A DNA stretch of 64,000 nt from a virus, in the IMG/VR virus record IMGVR_UViG_3300021964_000024, positions 1-64,000 of that record; one strand, 5' to 3'. Shown in pieces: positions 57,303 through 64,000 of the stretch. The number at the start of each line of letters is the position of its first letter. The stretch's first letter is position 1. Position numbers and translations under genes: made by a program. The notes below the pieces were generated by a model. It was not told the origin of the DNA, did not search any database, and saw only the letters and a list, made by a program, of their open reading frames with translations.

Positions 57303-59012
57303 TTATATTTTCCTATAATTGAGTTTTTGTTTCTTGTATTTAGCAATTATGCTACCGTAAGTAGATACGTCCGAATGATTTAGTACAGGTGGGTCGCCTG
57401 AGTATACACGATTCAAATCGTATCCTAGTTGACTGTACCAACCCATATGCCAACCACTCTGACTCTCTGGTTTCTTTCTTAGTTTGATCCTGTCAGAAGT
57501 AAACTCTGCACACCAAGTAATCATGTCAACTTCGTCATAGTCTTTACTAGGATGAACCCATACTTGTTGGAAAGTCTTGTCTTGACGATCTTTTGAGTCC
57601 TCTTCGAATAGTTTTTTCTTAGCTTTATCACTTATGTTGTCTACCAGTGATTGTATGTCAACATTGTCTGGTAAGACTCCATGTTTTCTCCACACGAAAT
57701 CATAGAATCCTATGGTTGCCCGATCAATTATATTTTTTGATCTGAAACTATATCCCCACTTTTTAGGATTCGATTCTATCTCTGATACAGCGTCAATCCC
57801 ATCGTGACCTACATGCTGTGATATGTATAACGAATGTATAGTTACCTGATTCTTCCAATATCTATTCAACCAATCTGCAGTGTTATCCAAAGTCTCAAAC
57901 GTCTCGTGAGGTAATCCTGCTATCATTGACAGGGTTCCGTTATAGTGGTTGCCTGGCAACTTGTTCTTACGGAAGTATTCCTCTCCTTGTAGAAGACCTT
58001 CTTGTATGATCAGAGGCGACATACCTTTCCGTATTGATTTAGCAGAAGCGTGATTGAAAGACTCAAGACCCATTGAATGACTTGTGAATCCCATGGTGAT
58101 CATGTTGTCCCAGTCTTCTCTGGATCGTTTTACAAACAAGTCTCCTCGAATGAATCCATGAAACTGTGGTTGAAAGTCTAGTCGTTTAGTTGCGTTTGCA
58201 AACTTCTCAATTTTTTCTGATCTATCGTTGCATGTCTCATCTGCCAATAGGTAACGAGTTACTCCCCACTTGTCATAGTTCTCCCTGAGTTCTTCTTCGA
58301 AGTCTTCCGCATCTCTTGTGTGATCACCCTTGACTCCCAGTGGAGCGTAGTCGCAGAACGAACATTTAAACATACACCCTCTTGACAGTTCTGTGGTCAA
58401 CACTTCATTCGATCTTATAAAGTCCCTCTCTTCGTATGAAGTCTTTGCCTTCCTATGCGGATAGGCAGGATAGTCTCTAAAACAGTCAATGATTGTATAC
58501 TCACGATGCAGTGATCCATCTATTGATTGAAAAGGATTGAACACCCTTTTTACTTTAGGTTCAGGTGCATCACCTGCAAGATAATCGCACAGTGCAACAA
58601 TCCCATGTTCACCATTACCGATACAATAGTAGTCAACGTTTCTGTGTCGTATCACATTGACCAGTTTGTTAGCACCCACCACGGTCTTGATGTGGGGATA
58701 CTTGTTCTTAATATAAGACAGGATCTCGTTTTGTTTCTGAACGATTTCACCTTCACCATGTATTGAGTACGTAAAGAAAGTGCTAAACCCGATCCATTTG
58801 GTGTGACTACTCACTCGACTGTCTACAAAGTCTTTGAGTTCTTGCACACCCCATGCACTGAAGAAGTCTAAGACTTCTACGTCCCAGTCTCTTGTCTTCC
58901 TTATATGAGATGCAATTCTGTGAGCACCATGACCACGAACCGCAACTTCTATTCCAGTGTATCCAACTGGATACATCACATCTGCTCCAGTTAGGATAAG
59001 AGCATGATTCAT
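57303..59012 (-). CDS. B12-binding-domain radical SAM protein
   Basis: SRGCMFKCSFC, IGFSTFF, VVGA, GLESFN, IAGLPHET. Confidence 0.85.
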   Translation of the reverse strand: MNHALILTGADVMYPVGYTGIEVAVRGHGAHRIASHIRKTRDWDVEVLDFFSAWGVQELKDFVDSRVSSHTKWIGFSTFFTYSIHGEGEIVQKQNEILSYIKNKYPHIKTVVGANKLVNVIRHRNVDYYCIGNGEHGIVALCDYLAGDAPEPKVKRVFNPFQSIDGSLHREYTIIDCFRDYPAYPHRKAKTSYEERDFIRSNEVLTTELSRGCMFKCSFCDYAPLGVKGDHTRDAEDFEEELRENYDKWGVTRYLLADETCNDRSEKIEKFANATKRLDFQPQFHGFIRGDLFVKRSREDWDNMITMGFTSHSMGLESFNHASAKSIRKGMSPLIIQEGLLQGEEYFRKNKLPGNHYNGTLSMIAGLPHETFETLDNTADWLNRYWKNQVTIHSLYISQHVGHDGIDAVSEIESNPKKWGYSFRSKNIIDRATIGFYDFVWRKHGVLPDNVDIQSLVDNISDKAKKKLFEEDSKDRQDKTFQQVWVHPSKDYDEVDMITWCAEFTSDRIKLRKKPESQSGWHMGWYSQLGYDLNRVYSGDPPVLNHSDVSTYGSIIAKYKKQKLNYRKI

Positions 59013-60124
59013 TTTAGTTGAAACATCTTTATTTCGTTGTACTTGGTTCTACCCACAGTCTTCCAAGAAGGGTAGGGTTCTATGCACTCTACTTCTTTAA
59101 AACAATCTACTTTGTCCCATCCAGTTTTTGCCCAGAAATTTTCCATAGCAGGAAACGATGCAATAAGATATCCATTAGGTTTCAGACTCTTTACAATTGC
59201 AGGTACACATTCAGCGGTCAACAAACCAAATGCAAATACACCACACATGAAAATTACATCATAGGTCTTAGGTAGTTCACTATAACATATGTCGTGTTGA
59301 GTCACACTCTTATAGAACGGACGTGATTGATTACACATGGTTTCGGAGATGTCATACGCATCCCAAGGTGCAACACCATCCGGATAAAGTTCTTTTGCAA
59401 GTAGACCACTACCCTGTCCTATCTCAGCAACATCAAGTTCGTCAAGGTTGAGATCCAACCTGTTAACCAACTCTGCCATCTTTACATGACTGGCACTGTA
59501 GAATTGTTTGACGTTCTGTTCGTAGGATCCCCAGTTATCATAGAGAGATTGAATCTTCTCCATCTGAGGATGGATGTTCGCCTTCGCCTTTTTCTCCATG
59601 TAGGTTTCTTTTGGTAAGGATTGAATTGGAATGTGATTAGAATTTTCTCCGTGCATATTCCAATTGAATCCTATGATAATTTTTCTACCCGTAACAACAG
59701 GTGATCTGTGGGGTAACATAGAAGGGAACAGTACCACACTACCTACTGGCAACTGAAGACCACTACCAAATATCTGAGTCGCTTCTTCGGGTCTATTCAG
59801 ATCAACCGTAATCACTCCAGTTAAATTTGCACCTGTGTGAGTATGTGATGGATAGTCACCACCCTCATTATATGCATGGAACCACATAGATTCGATATTG
59901 TAATTCTCGCATCCCCAAGTCCTACAGTAGTCTTTCAGTATAGGGTGGATCCTTTTCTTAACAAGCTTATAGTAAGGTTTTCTTTCTGGACGAAACTGAG
60001 ACGGAGAGTCGCTGATATCGTAATCAGATTGTGCAGGCCAGTTACTACTAATAGTAACCGTATCTAAAAACTCTTCTCTAAACTCATCGAAGTTCTTTAA
60101 GTGGAATACCTGTATATAATTCAT
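59009..60124 (-). CDS. 2OG-Fe(II) oxygenase fused to a class I SAM methyltransferase
   Basis: N-half SHTHTG...FPSMLPHR; C-half EIGQGSG, YDIS, YDVIF, LKPNG. Confidence 0.75.
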   Translation of the reverse strand: MNYIQVFHLKNFDEFREEFLDTVTISSNWPAQSDYDISDSPSQFRPERKPYYKLVKKRIHPILKDYCRTWGCENYNIESMWFHAYNEGGDYPSHTHTGANLTGVITVDLNRPEEATQIFGSGLQLPVGSVVLFPSMLPHRSPVVTGRKIIIGFNWNMHGENSNHIPIQSLPKETYMEKKAKANIHPQMEKIQSLYDNWGSYEQNVKQFYSASHVKMAELVNRLDLNLDELDVAEIGQGSGLLAKELYPDGVAPWDAYDISETMCNQSRPFYKSVTQHDICYSELPKTYDVIFMCGVFAFGLLTAECVPAIVKSLKPNGYLIASFPAMENFWAKTGWDKVDCFKEVECIEPYPSWKTVGRTKYNEIKMFQLK

Positions 60125-60795
60125 CTCATCATTTCTTTGGTCATGATATAGTCACGTACAAAGTCAGACCTCACAATGTCTGCCCAAGTGAATTCTACCA
60201 TCGTAAATTTTTTCATCAATTCTAATATCGCAGTAAACTGATTTACTCCTGCTTTATCCTGCGTCTTAGTAAAGTCAGACTGGTAGTAATCACCACAGAA
60301 GATGATTCTACAATTATGTCCAACACGAGTAATTATACTATCTAGTTCGTGGAATGTCAAGTTCTGCATCTCATCTACGATGATGATTGAGTCACTGATC
60401 GTCGTTCCTCGAATGTGTGATGTGGATATGAAATCAATCACTCCGCACTTCGATAGTTTCTCGTATGCACCACGGTCTTCAAACAACTCAGTACATATCT
60501 GTCGATATGGCCCCGTGTATGCATCTATCTTTTCTTCGAGTGTGCCTGGCAGAAAACCGATCTCTCGTGTAGGTACGATGGATCTGACAATGGTAACGTT
60601 CTCGAAAGTATTGCCCTTGTCAAGGGTATCTTCTAGTGCAAGGTACATTGCAAGAAAGGTCTTACCTGATCCTGCAGTACCAGACATAACTATATGGTTA
60701 CCTTCGTCCCATGCTTTGAAAACAACTTCCTGAGACATAGTAAGAGGTTCAATCGTCCGGAGATGATCGATCTTTAAAATCTGTGGTTTGGTCAT
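60121..60795 (-). CDS. phoH: PhoH-like protein
   Basis: GTAGSGKT, IGFLPG, IRGTT, IIVDEMQN, TRVG, GDYYQSD, DIVRS. Confidence 0.93.
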   Translation of the reverse strand: MTKPQILKIDHLRTIEPLTMSQEVVFKAWDEGNHIVMSGTAGSGKTFLAMYLALEDTLDKGNTFENVTIVRSIVPTREIGFLPGTLEEKIDAYTGPYRQICTELFEDRGAYEKLSKCGVIDFISTSHIRGTTISDSIIIVDEMQNLTFHELDSIITRVGHNCRIIFCGDYYQSDFTKTQDKAGVNQFTAILELMKKFTMVEFTWADIVRSDFVRDYIMTKEMMR

Positions 60796-60799
60796 TTGA

Positions 60800-61036
60800 T
60801 TAGGTCTTAATCGTATTCCCTCTACCGGATCCTTTTTTGATTCGGTTAAGGTGGTCTTTCCATCCGTCACCTGCCGTACTCAATGCGGATTTACCGGCAG
60901 ACACAAGAGCAGGGGTGCTCATAAAGTGTCGGGTTAAATGTGGGTTATCCTTTAAGAAGTTATCGTAGTCTGCGATCTTTACATTCACTTCTATAACTTC
61001 ATCGGTCTCTTTGTTTTTAAAATCATAAATCGGCAT
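60800..61036 (-). CDS. FmdB-like small protein
   Basis: MPIYDFKNKET...; GWKDHL..IKK.SG. Confidence 0.7.
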   Translation of the reverse strand: MPIYDFKNKETDEVIEVNVKIADYDNFLKDNPHLTRHFMSTPALVSAGKSALSTAGDGWKDHLNRIKKGSGRGNTIKT

Positions 61037-61056
61037 AATATGTCCTTTCCATACGA

Positions 61057-61076
61057 CACCCCGCTTAAGCGGGGTG
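61057..61076. repeat. Perfect 20-bp palindrome CACCCCGCTTAAGCGGGGTG
   Basis: Self-reverse-complementary; no U-tract on either side. Confidence 0.9.
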
Positions 61077-61092
61077 AAGAGATATGGATCAC

Positions 61093-61260
61093 CTACCTTA
61101 GTTGAGTCACTGTTTGGTCAACAATTGTTTGATTGAGAAACGCTTGTTTTTTCGTTAATTTGTAAACAAGATCGTCCCGGCCTTTTTTCTTCAACCGTTG
61201 GATATAGTGATCCAACTCATGACTATCCCTTTTAAGTCTTTCTAATTGTTTTTCTGACAT
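61093..61260 (-). CDS. Small hypothetical protein (55 aa, MSEKQLERLKRD...)
   Basis: GAGGTG SD; hand-translated. Confidence 0.65.
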   Translation of the reverse strand: MSEKQLERLKRDSHELDHYIQRLKKKGRDDLVYKLTKKQAFLNQTIVDQTVTQLR

Positions 61261-61291
61261 CAACACCTCATATGTTTGTTAATCGGAATGG

Positions 61292-61726
61292 TTAGGTTTT
61301 TATTAGGTTTGGAAAGGTCTCCTCCGTTAGTTTTTTAGTTAAGTATTTCACTGGTGGTTGCTTATTCACCATTGACAAAACGAGTTCCGCATCTGCGGGA
61401 TGGATTGCTTCCAACAATCGGATGAACATGTTCTCCCTTTTGTACGCTGGCATGTTATCGCCGGGCCCGCCTTTCACAAAGTATCCAAACTCTTTGTGTT
61501 TTTTCAGTAGGGTAGAGGGAACAGATTCCTCCCGATTAGGAGTGAATGGGGGTTTTCCTTCGGGGAGAAGGAATTGTAGAGAGTCATCAAATGTGCCTCT
61601 CAGTATGTCTTTAAATGCAGGAACGTCTGCGTACTTCAATAGTACTTCCTTCCTTTTCGCTTTACTTGTTTGTTGTTCAAATTCTTCAAAGATCTCGAAG
61701 ACCTGTTTCACAGTATAGTGTACCAT
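61292..61726 (-). CDS. Hypothetical protein, conserved T4-like
   Basis: LLPEGKPPF, KRENMFIRLLEAIHP.DAE. Confidence 0.75.
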   Translation of the reverse strand: MVHYTVKQVFEIFEEFEQQTSKAKRKEVLLKYADVPAFKDILRGTFDDSLQFLLPEGKPPFTPNREESVPSTLLKKHKEFGYFVKGGPGDNMPAYKRENMFIRLLEAIHPADAELVLSMVNKQPPVKYLTKKLTEETFPNLIKT

Positions 61727-61793
61727 ATTATTTCACCTTTAATGTATATAGGGTTTTGAGGTTGTCTAATGTATATATTCCTCAAATAAAATT

Positions 61794-61825
61794 AAAAAAA
61801 ACCCACCACCCCGAAGGATGATGGG
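61794..61825 (-). terminator. Intrinsic terminator with a UUCG tetraloop
   Basis: CCCATCATCC-TTCG-GGGTGGTGGG followed by T8. Confidence 0.9.
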
Positions 61826-61871
61826 AAAGGGGGTTCATCAACTATCCATAGGAATCATTACCAATTTTCGT

Positions 61872-62012
61872 CTAGTCAACTTCCCATTCTATCACTTGAT
61901 AGTTATTCATTCCGTTCGCTTCTGCATACTCTATCGCAGCTTCCTCACTCTCGAAACACAACTCAGGTAGGAACTCTCCGTTCTCCTCTAAGTAATAAAC
62001 ACAATCATCCAC
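61872..62012 (-). CDS. Small acidic protein (46 aa)
   Basis: GAGGTG SD, GTG start. Confidence 0.5.
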   Translation of the reverse strand: MDDCVYYLEENGEFLPELCFESEEAAIEYAEANGMNNYQVIEWEVD

Positions 62013-62029
62013 AACACACCTCTAAAAAC

Positions 62030-62575
62030 TCACGCATACCAACTTCGGTAAAAATCCTTTCCTTCTTCCGCAGGACTCGCATATCGAACATCATCGATGT
62101 TGATCCCACGACCAGTGATTCGCTTCTTGAACTCTTGTCCAATGAACGCATCTTTGACAGGGACAACACGGTCACACATGAATCCCTCACTACCATCAAT
62201 ACTTTGAAGAGCAATCTCACGAAGGACAACACTCGCACCCTTCTTCTCAACTACTTGGTAGGCATCGACATTAGTCTGTTCCCAACCCCAAGAAGCAACA
62301 AAGATATCACCCTCTTTCACACTCTCCTGTGCCTTGACACGGGCAGCAGCACGAGCAATTTTGCGTTCCTCTTTGACTTTCTTCGCACGTTCAATACCCG
62401 CAAGAAACTCTTCAAGATACTGGTTCATTCGTTCGAAACTACCGAACACATAGTTGAACTCAATCTTGTAACCCAGACGGGCACGAGGTGAAGGACGCAC
62501 ACACATCGCAACAGGACGTTCCGCATCAACAGTCAACTCAAAACCTTCCGCAGCAAACTTCTCAATAAATTTCAT
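62030..62575 (-). CDS. Early hypothetical protein
   Basis: GDIFVASWGWEQTNVDAYQV motif; GGAGA SD. Confidence 0.75.
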   Translation of the reverse strand: MKFIEKFAAEGFELTVDAERPVAMCVRPSPRARLGYKIEFNYVFGSFERMNQYLEEFLAGIERAKKVKEERKIARAAARVKAQESVKEGDIFVASWGWEQTNVDAYQVVEKKGASVVLREIALQSIDGSEGFMCDRVVPVKDAFIGQEFKKRITGRGINIDDVRYASPAEEGKDFYRSWYA

Positions 62576-62590
62576 AATCATCTCCAAAAC

Positions 62591-62661
62591 AAAAAGGGGG
62601 GGAGAAGCAGTGAACCCCGAAGGTTCCTAGTCAATTGTGACACCAGATCTCCCCAATCAAC
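62591..62661 (-). ncRNA. Candidate structured small RNA or 5' leader (three-way junction plus U-tract)
   Basis: Directly after the promoter: a GGGGAGA/TCTCCCC stem encloses the GTCA-CAAT-TGAC and GAACC-TTCG-GGGTTC hairpins. Confidence 0.5.
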
Positions 62662-62667
62662 AAAGAC

Positions 62668-62721
62668 ATTATCTCATAGTTATTTCATGGTGTCAACACT
62701 TTTTTTAGACTTTTTTGCTAT
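62668..62721 (-). promoter_or_regulatory. Early sigma70 promoter TTGACA-17-GATAAT with a conserved upstream box
   Basis: -35 at 62691-62696, -10 at 62668-62673. Confidence 0.8.
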
Positions 62722-62729
62722 ATTAATCA

Positions 62730-62981
62730 CTATTTGACCCACACATGGTTATATCTCTCAGGTAGGTTGTCACAGGTATATGCGTCATCTGGATGATAAT
62801 TGATCACCTCGACACATTCCCCTGTAGAATTAGACATATGAACATCAGGCATATCGATCACACTCAATAACCCCTGTCCCACCGCAGTGAGGTAAATAGT
62901 CCCCACTACAACGACGAAGATCAACGAGAACCACATCTCGTTAACCTCCATTTGGTGTTTATCTTTTCTTATAGGATTCAT
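62730..62981 (-). CDS. Small membrane protein
   Basis: TM helix followed by a Cys pair. Confidence 0.55.
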   Translation of the reverse strand: MNPIRKDKHQMEVNEMWFSLIFVVVVGTIYLTAVGQGLLSVIDMPDVHMSNSTGECVEVINYHPDDAYTCDNLPERYNHVWVK

Positions 62982-63331
62982 TATGCCTCCACTCTGTCGT
63001 GAATTGCAACCGCACCGTAGAAAGAACCACCAAGTAGTTTATCACAAAGTCTTGAGAACCTTGAGTCACTCGTACCCGCATAGTTCCCACCGAACATAGT
63101 CCACTTGTCTTTCTTAGACACTGGAATCAATCTGAGGATCTTTCTTCCACCGATTGGTTCTGCCATCACAAGTTCTGCGGCAGGATAGTCCTCGCACGGT
63201 TCAAAAGGCCCTTCTGCGTTCACCACAGTGAAACCCTTTGCGTAAGATGACTCACCACCTGCAGTACAGTCCACGTCACCAAAGAACGAATCAGTCCTGT
63301 CCTGCTTGTATATGTTTACATGAATTCCCAT
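62981..63331 (-). CDS. Early hypothetical protein
   Basis: MFGGNYAGTSDSRF...AVAIHDRVE. Confidence 0.75.
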   Translation of the reverse strand: MGIHVNIYKQDRTDSFFGDVDCTAGGESSYAKGFTVVNAEGPFEPCEDYPAAELVMAEPIGGRKILRLIPVSKKDKWTMFGGNYAGTSDSRFSRLCDKLLGGSFYGAVAIHDRVEA

Positions 63332-63362
63332 AATTTACCTCACTTTTCTCAATTACAAGGTA

Positions 63363-63437
63363 ATTATCTCATAATCAAAACAAGATGTCAAGGGTTTTTT
63401 GAAAAAAAATTAAACTTTTTTTAGATCATTTTGCTAT
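63363..63437 (-). promoter_or_regulatory. Early sigma70 promoter TTGACA-17-GATAAT
   Basis: -35 at 63386-63391, -10 at 63363-63368; same leader as the 55.8 kb promoter. Confidence 0.85.
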
Positions 63438-63836
63438 ATGTTTCGAGTGGATTTTGCACCCAATGAACTCGTTATAGTAATCATCTTTTAATAGGACATC
63501 CCGTTCAAACTGTTCCTTTGCCTCATAGTAAGAACACTCTCCCTTGGTCTTGCATAGTCTCAGGATCTCACGGTAGTAGTTGTCAACACCTCTTTCCTCT
63601 ACAAGGGTCTTCAGATCCTCTGAGGATCCGTAGTAGGTCTTCCAATCACTTTCTGATATTTTAATACGCTTACGGGTCTTTCCTTTCAATGGCGGGAGTC
63701 TCCTGCGACTCCAGAAGAATTTTTTACCGATATACTTCTTGTTAGATGACCTTTCGGTAATCATGTAGACGAACCCCTGCCACTGAGATAGTTCTTCTTC
63801 TGTAGGTTCGAATGGTACGTTCTGATAATGCCACAT
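63426..63836 (-). CDS. GIY-YIG domain protein
   Basis: GFVYMITE...KKYIGKK, YYGSS, YYEAKEQF, YYN. Confidence 0.8.
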   Translation of the reverse strand: MWHYQNVPFEPTEEELSQWQGFVYMITERSSNKKYIGKKFFWSRRRLPPLKGKTRKRIKISESDWKTYYGSSEDLKTLVEERGVDNYYREILRLCKTKGECSYYEAKEQFERDVLLKDDYYNEFIGCKIHSKHIAK

Positions 63837-63850
63837 ATTACTATGTAGCT

Positions 63851-64000
63851 TTAGATTACCTCGTTGTTTTCGTCAACCTTAATTTGAGTAGGTTTGGGAC
63901 ACCTGAATCGTGTCGTAAGATACGTGCACATGTGAACTATGTCGCCTGGCATACACAGTCGAGCGCCTGGCCCCCTTACGGAGATTTCACGGGAACCTCT
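63851..64000 (-). CDS. panD: 3' end of an aspartate 1-decarboxylase (PanD)-like gene (partial)
   Basis: RGSREISVRGPGARLCMPGDIVHMCTY...PTQIKVDENN versus the PanD pattern RGSxxIxxNGAAAxxxxxGDxVI...PxxxxVDxxN. Confidence 0.65.
   Translation of the reverse strand, partial: RGSREISVRGPGARLCMPGDIVHMCTYLTTRFRCPKPTQIKVDENNEVI

Noticed and set aside
61057-61076. Intrinsic terminator
   Set aside because: No U-tract follows the stem on either strand.
62591-62661. tRNA gene
   Set aside because: It has only two internal arms, no canonical T-loop or anticodon arm, and is too short.
63426-63836. Mobile homing endonuclease or intron
   Set aside because: It is a short stand-alone GIY-YIG domain with no DNA-binding extension and no interrupted host gene.
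1-64000. Stop-codon reassignment
   Set aside because: Core genes are full length in the standard code and end in TAA, TAG or TGA.

Overview
This window is a 64 kb segment of a large T4-like myovirus genome with a cyanophage/marine-type baseplate. Lipobox spanins and sigma70 promoters point to a Gram-negative host. The left half (1-37 kb) is a virion module: two paralogous repeat proteins, a beta-helical fibre, VrlC, baseplate genes gp8/9/7/6/25, a gp5 split over several genes, a hub protein, gp53, gp48, gp4, gp2, gp54, gp26/gp51 and the tape measure. The right half holds gp32, gp33, denV, small early genes behind repeated sigma70 promoters, spanins, lysozyme, bS21, PhoH, a partial panD-like gene and a large glycosyltransferase/radical-SAM/carbamoyltransferase/2OG-oxygenase cluster. 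The main finding concerns the two repeat proteins at 1-6411 (the first is missing from the ORF track). They are built from 4-residue units arranged in mirror-complementary order about a central turn: xxG[ND] opposite xTRx, and YxRx opposite RxSx. This looks like an amino-acid pairing code for giant antiparallel beta-hairpins, and I found no matching DNA inverted repeat. Other notable items are a likely -1 frameshift fusing gp26 to gp51, a structured RNA leader and an orphan anti-SD complement. All calls come from manual reading and motif recognition; no searches were run.
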